From the NCBI GenBank assembly GCA_964247055.1, contig OZ176052.1:9796001-9860000 (forward strand): DNA of 64,000 nucleotides, written 5' to 3'. This DNA is from Paragordius varius (Eukaryota; Animalia; Nematomorpha). The notes beneath the pieces are model-generated. The model ran no database searches and was not told where the DNA came from. It worked only from the letters and a program-made list of their open reading frames with translations. The first letter of the stretch is position 1; each line of letters begins with the position of its first letter. Shown here piece after piece: positions 13,301-26,200 of the stretch. A program made the position numbers and the translations under genes.

Positions 13301-15053
13301 TAATTTAATGTATTCAATTATGGACAAACTTTCTCATTATGCCATACGCTACTGTGCATATCAAAAAGCAATGACAAATATATTATCATATAAATTTTAT
13401 TTTTATGAATGGATTATATATTTTTTGTTGTTAGATCTGAATAAGCTAGATAGACATAGTCAAAAGCATAAAATTTATTGATTTATACTTTGACTGTACC
13501 CAAACTTTATCGCACGTGTTTCCATGCTTTTGTTAGTTAGACTAAATATGGCTGGAAAAAGGATTAATATGGAAACTAGGAAATCATTATTATTTTTGGA
13601 CGAGATCTTTATGATATTCCAGTTTTGGAAAGAGTATTATAAAAAAAAATATATAAATTATAACACGGTATTCAAACACAATGCTTCTGTAAATGACTTG
13701 AAAAATATATCAGCGGTTTATAAATTCGTAATTGTTCAACAAAATTATATCCAAATAAATTAATTATTGGCAAATATTTATTTTATGATATTTAATAAAA
13801 TTTATTTGTGGTTTATCAACAGAGACCCCTACCCCTTATATTGCTCACAAGACAGTATTAAAATATATTTTATTGCCTGCTTCGTTCATCTAATAGATAT
13901 ATGTCTGATCTAAACGGTAACCAGGATTGGTCCAATATCAATTATATGTATTTAGTAGTACTGAGCTATTTTCTTTTACAAATAACGCATAAAAGTATTA
14001 GTCAATCTTTAATAAATAAAATATCAACACATAATAGGATTTAAACGTATATAAAGATGTATAAACCCACTATTGGATATTTTTTGTATAGCGGTTTCTA
14101 TAATAATCAAACGTCCTTTAGTAGAGGGTCTGGGTTAGTTTCTTACACATATATACCTTACTTTATTTCCCGCTGTTATGTTTGTGAACAAGTTACATTA
14201 AATATCAAACAAAAATTAAATTAATGAATAATTGTAATGGTCTGAATAAAGATTACTTTAGAATTTATTGCAATCTAAATGTTTTCCAAATTGCACAGTT
14301 CACACAATAAACATTCTTATCATATTGTTGTGTCAGGATTCTCATAGTGCATTTATTGCAGGAGAAACAAATAGCATATTTAGCTCATACTTTTAAAAAA
14401 ATTTCCTGTTTAAATGGACTAGTATTTTTTAAATGAAGCCAAAATGCCATAAGGTGAGACAACTACTATTATAAAATTATATTCTATATTTAAAATGCAT
14501 ACTTTGCTTAAAATAAAAAAAATTATATCTACAGATTTAAATATGCATTAACTAAATTATTAGTAACAAACTTTTTCTAAATTCTATGCCACTTAATTTT
14601 ATTATTCAAATTTTAAAACAAATATTCTTTTGTTTTCAATTAATATGTGAATGTGGTTTGTCCAGAAGCATTTCAATGAAGGAGGCGGTTCAAAAATAAT
14701 TAATGTGAGTTGCAAAATAGCTCAAATAACATCTCATTATTTAGGGTAGAAAAATTTTAAGGCATTATAATTTCCAAACATTCTAACTCTAAAAGCAAAA
14801 GGAAATTTGGTTAAAAAATGTTTCGTTTTAAAATATTAACATGGCTCATTCACATAGGCAAAGGTCAACCTTTCATCCACGATGGCACTTCATTTTTTGA
14901 AAAACATTATATGTAATTAATTGATTTTTCCAAAGATCTATAATATTAAATTTAAGAATTCATTAAATGTTAAGCGCAAATTAAACATTATTTTTTAGTT
15001 TTTGGGATCCATCATAAAACTTGCAGCTGATAAATTATCTACAAAAGGAATTT

Positions 15054-15937
15054 ACACTTGGATACAACACATTCATTTCAGTTCTTTGATTCGCCTGATA
15101 AAATGATTGTAAGCTATAATGTGTCAAAAAAATATTTTTTTAGTAATTTATGCGTTGTTATAAAATTATAAATTTTAACACATTTTTTTCATAGATATAC
15201 GGTATTTTGGATAACGTAAAAACAAAACATTAAGCGTCAAATCAGATAAAGAATTTATTTAAAATTTAGTTAAAATATGTATTGTTTTGAACCTAAATTG
15301 AAGAATATATTTTATCAAAATTACCAGAAATAAACAGCAATTAAATATAACAAAAATTGTTTTAATGTTTAAACATCCTTAATCGCATGTTTCGATTACC
15401 ATACAATATGCTTAACACGTCGATTCAAATTGGGGTATCCAAACACCCCTGACTGAATTTAAGTTAGGATTTTTAAAAAACTACTGAAGGAAACGGTCCC
15501 AATTTAAATATATGCTTCCATCCTAATAAAAATTATATAAAAATGCCAAAATATCTAAATAATTTTTTGAATTAAAAGTTTCATGTCAAACTACTTCAAC
15601 GCCATTTTTATTTTACAAAATTTTTGCAAAATATCGTTTTCATTTAATATTAAGGGTAAAATTGAAGCTAATTTTTTATTTAAAATCTAACATTGATAGA
15701 AATGGGAAAAGCGGTTTATTTTAAATCATTTTTTCATTTTACAATTTCACACATGTCTCGTTGACGAAATTTTTACCTTTTGGTTATCAAGTATTTTTGA
15801 ATAAAATCTTTTATATATTCGGTTTATTAATCTTACATAAGTGCAAAATTTTGCCATGGCTTCGATTCCTTCCTTATTTTTTAAAAAATTTAATTTCAAA
15901 CAGGTCTGGGGTATCCAACTACCCCCAATTGAATCGA
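15054..15937. repeat. Dispersed inverted-repeat element related to 56966-57190 / 58853-58885
   Basis: 15755-15937 is the reverse complement of ~56990-57190; 15054-15100 matches 56966-57005 directly; inverted ggggta...acccc motifs at ~15420 and ~15905. Confidence 0.6.
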
Positions 15938-16299
15938 ATAAAATAAAAATGTCATATTTTTTTCCTAGGCTTTTGCGTTAATCTTGAGAGATTTGCCAGG
16001 GTTCAAAACACTGCGCTTAAAATATGGGGGTATAAATGCTATTCTGATAGACATGTATGGTGCTAGTGGCTTTGGGGTAACGAGTGATATAAGAAAGTTG
16101 TGCGCTTTGGTAACTCAATATCTTAAAATCTGAAATTTAGCGCAGATATGTTTGAATTTTTTTTCGGTGAAAAATAAATGCTTTCTTCCAAAAAATATTA
16201 AAATATATGATATACAATATTTAAAAAAAAGATATTTTTTATACAATTTTAATTGTATGCTCCGCCCAAGACTATCGGCCCGTCCATAATGCCTTATTT

Positions 16300-16460
16300 A
16301 TCTTTAAAATAAATGCAACATATGCCAAGATCGTGATAAAATTTTTAAATATATCCTATAATATTAAGCATCAAAAAACATATTTTGTAAAAAAGTATAC
16401 TTTGTACAATTAGCTATTTGTTGAAGCGTACTTCATGCTATTTTAGGTCATGATGTAAAC
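16300..16460. repeat. Dispersed repeat shared in inverted orientation with ~46605-46770
   Basis: Exact 21-nt core catgaagtacgcttcaacaaa plus flanking similarity. Confidence 0.55.
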
Positions 16461-16906
16461 GGCATTAAACGCTTTTAATATTAAAACACTTTTCATTTCA
16501 ATAGCCTTTGAATTTTATAAAAATTCGTCCGACAAATTATCGTTAAATATTAATTTCTTTAAAAACATTAGGAAAAGCAACCAAACGTTAAAACTAAGGG
16601 GCTCGAAAAGGTTTTAATATAATATCGTTAAAATTTTTATACCGCACCATGCTTTTATATACCATAAAACACATCACTATAACTTTGATACAAATTAAAA
16701 TTTTAAGCAAACTATCCGATTTTCGAATTAGATTAAAATTTTTTATTCATAAGTAGATATAAAAAAATTCATAAACTACATTTTAGAGTGTATAAAGCAA
16801 GCTTACACGAGAAATTTTATTTAATTACAGTAGTATGGACTAGTTACCTAAAAGGAAAAACTTTCTTTAGTTACTCGTAAAACCATTTTGATAATTTTTC
16901 TATCTG

Positions 16907-16951
<45 letters not shown>

Positions 16952-17224
16952 AGCTCCGATTTCGCAAAAAAGAAGTAAATCTCGCATAACTCGAAATTAT
17001 AATGTCGAATATATTAATTCCAAATATGTGATGGCATATTGATCAATTTTTACTGATAATAACAATATATTTGTGATTATGAAACTTAAATAAATATAAT
17101 TTAATCATACTGATATATTTTACCGTGCGTATAGCACTGTTTTACTCTCCCACTTTGGTCAACACTTTAAATATTTTTCGTCGACAATGCCAACATAAAT
17201 TAGGAACTATAAAATAAAAGTCAA

Positions 17225-20200
17225 ATGCTATATTTATGGGCCGTTATTCTAGGATTTGTCATTGCACTAATTTTAGCTTTTGGAATCGGAGCTAACGATG
17301 TTGCTAATTCATTTGGTACTTCGGTCGGTTCTCATGTCCTTACGCTAGTTCAAGCTTGCATTATTGCTACTATATTCGAAACGCTTGGTGCTGTTCTAAT
17401 AGGTATAATAATTATAATTATTATATATTTATCAATTTTGTTATTTGTCATTCCATAATAATTATAGTTAAATACGCTATAACTTCTGACAATTTATTCA
17501 AATATTTATAATTGATACGTTCAAAATTTAGTTAAAATCGATAAATTATAAATGTTTTCGCATACATTTTTGTTTATAATTCACTCATAATCCTGTATAT
17601 TGATGAATATGCATAGATTGTGTTTTTCAAGATTTTTTCCAAAAATTATCTATAATTACAAACATTTACATTTTTTCATGTGTGTTAAAATAAAAATGTT
17701 AACATATATGTCTTGCATCATGTTTTAATTTGTTTTCATCATTTTTTCCAAAAAGAATATTTTTTTTCATTTTATAATTTAAAGTATTGTTTTAGGTCGG
17801 GCTCTTATCAATTTTCATAATATTTTTATTTATAAATATTGAACTTTTAGATTTCTAGTATAAAGTTATTAATTTAATTGATTTTCACTGTATCAATTTA
17901 AAACTGGTATTAATAATTATGGATTTATATTATATTGAAAAATGTGATATTTATTTTTAACTCACACATTGGTTATAATATTTAGGCATTCTTAAACTTA
18001 TACAAATTAAAAATGCAAATAACTCATCCGGATCTTATTATTTTATTTTATGGTCATCTATGGAAACATCTGTTTTTCATAAAATATTTATTATAACAAT
18101 TCGGATTTTTTAACACTTCATTATCTTTTCACATTTTTTTCTAGTTTACATTTTGGGGTAGTTTTAATCCCAAAGCTCATTTTTGTAAATAAACTACAGT
18201 TTTGAAAGTTGGTAAATTAATTTATAACAGTGTTCTAATGTATTAGATAAAAATGCTTATTTACAGTTTTGTGAAGTAAAATTAGGCAGCTCCAATACAC
18301 GATTAAAACGAACCTGATATTAAAATCACAATATATCAAGTTTTTGCAGGATAAATCTAGCCTGAAAGCTTTTTAATGCTAAAGAAAGCATATTTTTAAT
18401 ATCGTTTTAATACCTTAAATACCTTTAAAGATCGAGGACAAGATTTTAACATAAATAATATTCTAATCGGCTCTTCTTGACCCTCGATAGAAGTTATTCC
18501 TATCCCTTTTTTGAAGTTCATTTTTTAAATACTTTAATTTTACTGTCAAGAGGAGCTTTAAATAAAACTACCTCAAAAAGTAATGGAGTGTTGATTTAGT
18601 TAACGACCATGAATTGAATATAATTAGTTTTCGTGATTTCATATTATTTTATATAGGTGGTCAAGTTTCTGACACGATTCGGAAAGGTATTGTCGATGTC
18701 GATATATATAATGGATCGGAGCCCTTATTGATGGCTGGTGAAATTTCTGCCCTTATGGGTATATTTTATAAATTTTACAAATTAATTTATTAGTTTGTTT
18801 ATTAAGCTTTTTATTTGGAAAATTAATATATATGTTTATTTTATTATTTGATAAATGGTTAAGAATATATGATTTGGTATAAAAATATTTTAAACAGTTT
18901 TTTACTAGACAATTTGAAAATGTTTAAGCTCTTTGAATGGGTAAAATTTTTAATTTTTAAAAACTACCTTTACTATGTTTAAGCATATTTTTAAATATCA
19001 TCCGAAATTAGGGCTCTAATTAAAAGATTTAAAAAATTATTACTGCCTTCATTTAGGCAAAGTTTTTTGGCATTATAAGTACTTTTAACATAATTATATA
19101 TGGAACAGGTAAAATTTAATTATTTATGATCAATTTTTATTAAATGACATCATTATATTGAATGTTTTTTATGTTAGAAAACCGCAAAGTCCCAATTTAT
19201 ACATTAGTCTGCTAAGATTTAGCAAATAATTTAGAGATTTTCAATAATACATATATATTTAAATAATATTATAATTAATAAATCTTTTAAGCTCTAATGA
19301 AAAAAATGAAAGAAAGTTATAAATCAATATTATCATTTTGAGTTAACAAAGAGGACGCTTAAGATAAGTTATGCTCTATTCAAACGTAACCATATAATTT
19401 GTATATTATTGTTTTAAATTTTGTCATAAATAAACTAAAATAATCTCGATGACATTTTTATCTCCGTTAATGTGTCGTAAATCAAACTAAACTAAATTAT
19501 AAAAAAATATTTTTGTCTTATTATCTAATTAAGGTAGCGCTGTATGGTTAATTATGGCTACATTTTTGAAACTACCGGTTTCAGCATCACATAGTATTGT
19601 CGGTTCTACGCTTGGTTTCTCATTGGTTGCCAAAGGACATGAGGGGATTCATTGGGAAAAATTGGGATATATTGGTGAGTCATTTGAAGCTTAGTTTTAA
19701 TTTTATTTAATACAAAACTTGAACATTTTCTTTAAAATGTAATGAGTTATTAGTACATATATTATATAAAAATATACCTATGTATTGGTCTAAAAATTTT
19801 GGCAAAACAAAATCTCAAACGGAACTGCTATTTAAGCATTCGGTGCTCTTTTTTGATATCAGTTTCACTTTTTCCCATAAATTAGGTCGGTTTTATTTTG
19901 TATTTGTTTTTAAGCACTAAACAGATCCTAAGAATTGGGTTTTCGCGGGTTTAATTTTGACTGTCTTTGCTTCAAAAGACATTGTTAGTTTTAATCCTTA
20001 TTATCATTTTATTCATAATTGATTTTGCTAGCTTTGTATGAATATAAGCTAATTTTTCTAATACAAATCTATTATTGTTTTTATTAAAACACACAATTAG
20101 CTTAAAATTATTCAAACTCGGACAGATCTATAATGTAAAAACCTCAACATATTTATTATATTATTTATAATTAATACATATATTAATTTTTTAGTTATGT

Positions 20201-23200
20201 CATGGTTTATTTCCCCAGTATTATCTGGTGTTATCTCAGGGTCAATTTTTCTCATTATACGACGATTTATCCTACAAAAGGTTTGTTTTTGTCAGTATAA
20301 AAATTTATTGCAATATATATTTCATTATAAAATATTTTTTTATGTATGTTTTTAGAAAGAATCTTTCAAACATGGCCTCAAATTTTTACCCTTCATATAT
20401 GGTATAACGTTGGCTATTAATTTTTATTCTGTGTTTGCAAATGGACCTAAGGGTATATTTTTGCTTAATTATTTTTTATACTATACACATTTTTTATATC
20501 TATATTAACATAGAAATTGTATCATTAACTAGGAATTACTTAGATTACATTTGACAAACATTTTTCAAATATTTCTTACCAAAGTAGGACGTTATATGTC
20601 ATTTTATCAATAAATAAAGTTTATTTAATAATGCATATATTAATTATTAAAATCAACATACTACCAAATTTTATTTTTAATTATATCAAAAGAAAAAACG
20701 CAATATGAAATATTTTATTTTTTTTGATAAATTTTTTATAGCTCTGCATTTCCACAAAATACCTCCTTACGGTTTTGTACTACTTACAATAGGATGCGGT
20801 CTTATTATAGGGTTGTGCGTTCAATTTATCATGGTCCCTTGGTATCGTCGTAAAATAGCGTTGGGAACAGTTCGTAATGAATAATACTTTTTTTTGTAAA
20901 AAAAATAAATTTTGGCTTTAAGGCGATTCAAAATGAAAATAGTAATATATTTAAAACATGTAAAATTTTTAAATTCATGATATATTTCGTGTTTTCTATT
21001 ATATACTCTATTAGCCGAATTATTGGAAAATATTTTATAGTGTTTTATATATTTTTTAAAAACAATGGTACTTTATTTTTGGATATTTTTCATTAGATCT
21101 TGAGACTTTTTGACTTTATAATTGTCTAAATCTTTTTATGACATTGATATGAGTTTCGCGTCGAATCATTCTTTATACTATATTAAATTATTACATAGGC
21201 ACAATAACATAAAATATATTTTTTTATAGCTTCACCAGAAGTTACAAAAACTCCTGCATATGCAGATAAGGTCACATATCCCCCTGCGGAATTAAAACAG
21301 CCCACAATAACTAATGGTATTTTTAACAGTTTATTTTTGACAATGTTTTGTATCAAATAATTTAACATATTCTAACTGATTTTTATTTTATAATAAATGA
21401 TTAATAAATTTTTTTATCTATTTTGGCTATGAATATCATATAAATTATCAAATAGGTTTTCAAATAGGTTAGTCTTAAAATACTTGAGAGCTTTTGTTTT
21501 ACCACTAATTTTTTTACAGAGATTTTCACTATAATAAATTTATTAATATGGAAAAATTTAACAAATTGCATAAATTATTTTATATCATGTAAATGTCAGA
21601 ACTGCCAATACCCAGTATTCAAATCTCAGCTGAGGACGAAGAAGCTAGGAGACTTAGTTTAGCGGCCCATAAACCTCCGCTACCCAAACTGTCATCACAA
21701 ACCAAAGATCTTACAACAAACGGTATTAATTATATATTTATAGGTTTTTTAAGAGATTTTTGTCGTCCTTAATTAGAGATTTGTCGCCTTGTAATGAGGA
21801 TATGTATGTTTTTTTTCTTGATTGAATTGAATCTTGTATAAGATGATGTTATTAATGCATAACTAAAATATGTGGTTAGTACTGTTTGCAATCCAACCTC
21901 AATAAAATGGAATAAGCATAAAAACTATTAGAATTAGATAAAAGATATGTGGTAAAAAAACTATTTGATATCCAATTAAAATATGTATTAATTATTAAAA
22001 ACGATTATTATTAAAGAAATTAATTTTTTTAACAATTTAAATACATGTAGTAAAAAAAATCTTGACTATTCAACCAAAATATGTAGTATTTATTATCAAC
22101 CACCATTTTTATATAACATTTTATTTTAAAATTTAATCTTGAAAAAAGGTCACCTTCAAATCCCCATGCATTTGGCAGCCACAGAATCTCCTGTTTACGA
22201 GCCTCCTGGGTCCGCTAAAACGGAAAGACAAATTTTTCGGGAACGAAAACTATCCGACGCTGATCGCATGTTTATTGGTATAAATTTTTACTACTTTTTT
22301 GAAAAACATTAAAAAACAATTATTATCTATCCAAGTGAATTATTTATCATTAAAATTTTCAAATAAGATGAAAAAAGCATGAATGCATAAGATCCTTATA
22401 AAACTAAGTTTTGGGATATATTGTGTTTATTTGTGCCTCATTATCATTATACTGAACATTCATTAATTTATGACACTACTTAATGATGAATTGCATTATA
22501 AGCATCTTTTTATTGCATTATAAGCATCTTTTTAATTCAAATGCTAGGTATTATGCCTCTTTCCTATATTTTTTTATGAAGAAACATTTTTACTAAAATT
22601 CTAAAGTCAAATTTTTTTGCATTTTTATAGTCAAAACCATCTTCAAGTTTGCATTTGCATATGGTTAATTTACACATAAATTAGTTTTTTAAAACCAAAT
22701 TATTTTATATGTTAACAGGATATTTAATGCCCGGGGAACTTGCAAGATATGAATCCGAAGAGGATAGGGAAAGCGATTTAGCTCGTGGTGTAAGATCTTT
22801 GTCTCACACAATTGGTAAAAATTAAATATTTGTCACTTCAATCTTTTAAATAATTAATTTAGAAAAACTGATAAAGATAAAATAAAAATTAAAAGACACT
22901 TTTTATAAAAGAACCATACTTTTTTAAACTTTAATTTTTTTATATAATCTTCATTATTATGTGTAATGTAGTGTAATTGAGTGTGACCTTCATTTCATAT
23001 TTGGCGACCCACAATGAAAGAGAATTATGGTGTAAAAAATATGACTGTCTTTTAATAAATATTGGTTTTTAATTTTCCATTTTGTCTTTATAATTTTAAT
23101 TTTTACTGTGTATAGGAAAATATAATTTATCAAATATTTTTTATACATAAATGTATATTTTTTTCAAAAAAGTTTATTTAGCGTATTAATCATTATTAAC

Positions 23201-26200
23201 ATATAATATTGTGTATAGGTCACATGCGCCCCTTCAAAAATGTACGAGGTCGAAAACGAATCGTTCGTTCTCATACAGTTCATTCTACTGATGGCAAAGG
23301 TAATATGATGATAAATTTACATTAAAAAATGTGGTCTAAATTAATAAAATCTCAAGTTTTTATTCACACTTTTATGATAAATAGTTAAAATTACTGAAAT
23401 TTAGTAACTTTATATAATTTTGCAATCTAAATGATCGTTTATTATATTAACAAATAATATAATTATATTTAAATCAAAATTAAAATCATATTTATATTAA
23501 CCTTATTTTGAATTAGTAATAATTAATTTTAAATATTTTTAAATAATAAAGAAGATATTATACTTGCTCACACAAATTTTATTTCTCCCTACCTATTAAC
23601 AAAATAAAGATGCATATATAACCATTAATTTACCATTTATTGTATAACAAAACTTTGTTAAAACAATGTTTTATACATGTTGATTTTTCTCAACAAATTT
23701 TTTCTCGATCAGGTAGTATTGGTAGCGTTGGTCGCGATGCTAAAATCACTTTGGGTGGGCTGACCTCCACCAGTGAAGAGGACGAAGGTCCAGGAGGAGC
23801 TGGTACCACTTCCAGTTCGCCTACCGCTAAAAATACCTCTTCTGATAGCAACGCATTTTTTGGTAAAATTTCGGTTTTTTTCAAACTTGAAATACGCTAA
23901 AATTTAAATTATTTAGACCACAATTATTATGTATTTGATTTGTGAATGTTTATTAATAAAATAGCACTTTTGATTGCAACAACGCATATTTTAGTAAACA
24001 CAAAATTTGAGCTTCCTCAACCAAAAATACGCTAAAATTTATCGAATATAAAATATGATTGAAAATAGTATAGAAGCAAAGTAATTATGATATTAATGCA
24101 TTTTTTTTTAAAAAACAAAATTTGTTTTTTTAGAATGTTAAAAAAATACAAAAATTATTGGGAATTATAACGTCGATTTTTTTCACATATTTCTTAGATG
24201 GATTGCAAGCGTTAATATAGCTTTTGTTTTAAATTTTATTCATATAATTTATACCTCATAAATCCATTTTTTGTTAATAATTGTAAACACTTATCCTATG
24301 TGTTCTTAAATGCCCATTATTTACGTTGGTGTCAATTTTGCACAATACATCTCTAAAATGATAACTTAAATATCTTTTATTTCAATTTTATATACATTAA
24401 AGGTGACACCGAAATGGGTAAAGACAGAGCCGTGTCTGAAACTCAAAGTTTATCGGATGAAACATTTCTCAAGGAAGAATCGGGCCAGCTTGAAAAACCA
24501 GATCAAGTTATTATAGTGCCGGCTATCACAGTTCCAAAAGAATCAAACAATAAAACAGTGGAAAAACCAATGCAATCTTCCTCTAGTTCGTCCCAGGATA
24601 TCACTAAATCAAATACTCAAAAAGGTCTTATTACCTTTTTATAAACATGATATGTGAAAGAAATTTCAAAATATATAAGTTTATTTACTTAAAAATCATT
24701 ATGGACTTTTAACAAAGAATTAAATCGTTTGAAAACCGCAATAATCTTAAATAATTTAAAAAATATTATTTGACCATACCATATACTTCAACGTTTGTTG
24801 GTTTTTTTTGAATTGGTTCATTATGTAATTTGAATGGCGAAATTACAAAAACTTTCATATAGACTTTTTTTTATTTTTAAAACATATCTATCGCACTCAG
24901 TTTTTTATCACTCTATAAATGATTAATTTTAGAATCTAACTTTGTTACAAGTGCTATACCAAAGTCGGAGGAAGAAATGGTGCAAAATAAAAATACTCTA
25001 TTCTCCAAAATGCGTTCAAAATATTCCTTAACGAAGAAAAAGAAAAAGTCTGGTGTGGATGATACCGTGCTTGAAGGTATGTATATATGACATAAATTAA
25101 TTTAACATATATTTAAATAAACATTTGGCGCGAATTTAGAATATATAACACCATGAAAATTTTTTATTTTATTTATAAAATTATCATTTATATATGTATA
25201 TCTTTTTGTTATTATAATATTTATTAAATTAAGGTGCAACAACTTATTATAAAAAGGCAAAAAAATGAATTTTTACCCAACAATATATATTTGATAATTC
25301 TATTATCCGCACCTACCAATTTGGTTTAAAATCTTTATATTTTTTAGTAACATTGTATAGTATAATACACTGTACACCAAAAAATGGAAATCAAAAAATG
25401 AAGGTTAATAAATCATATATCATTTGATAGCTAAAAGCTTTTGGATAATGAATATCGAAATGATATATGCGGTTAAAATATCAGAAAAAAAGTTATTTAA
25501 ATTTTTCTGTCATAAGCCAAAATCAAAAAATCGCATTTTTTTCGCATATTAGGTCAAATAAAATTAAATACCATAGAGGATAACTGTCAACTAAATTTTA
25601 TTTGTTATAATATAGCATAAGGATAACTCTAAACGCAAAATATTATCAACTAAATTTTACGTTTAGAAGGTCAGAATATTAGCTAAAACATCGCACTTTG
25701 TTATCAAATTTGAATCATAAAATCCTATTAATATGCGGTAAAACATTTTAATTTTTGTTAAAACAATCATATATTAACTCAATATATAGTTACTCAAAAA
25801 AATTAAGCCTTATATAAAAAATAAATTTTTGGATAATTTGCTACAAAGCGTAAGTTGCGTATAATTTTTACAAAATCCTTTGTATATTAAAATTTTTCCA
25901 TACAATTCGCTGCAGAAAAGAGATCTTTCATCTCAAATTATTTTACCCGAAAATCTTGATCATATATTGTCGCCATTTTAGCTTTTGATACCGGCTTTAG
26001 GGGATAAAAATTCCCCAAATTACGAATTGTATGGATATTTATAATATATACTTTGAATGTTTTCTAAAAATCATACACAACTTCCGCTTTGTAGCAAATT
26101 ATCGAAAAATTTACTTTTTTTTATATGAAGCTTAATTTTTATGAAGGCGATATATTGGTAATTTCTATATATTGAGTTAATATATGATTGTTTTAACAAA

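Noticed and set aside
11000-17000. Short ORFs (12946-13188, 13524-13763, 15761-15946) as genes or transposase relics
   Set aside because: Low-complexity F/I/K/N composition typical of AT-rich noise, with no recognisable motifs; 15761-15946 lies in a repeat.
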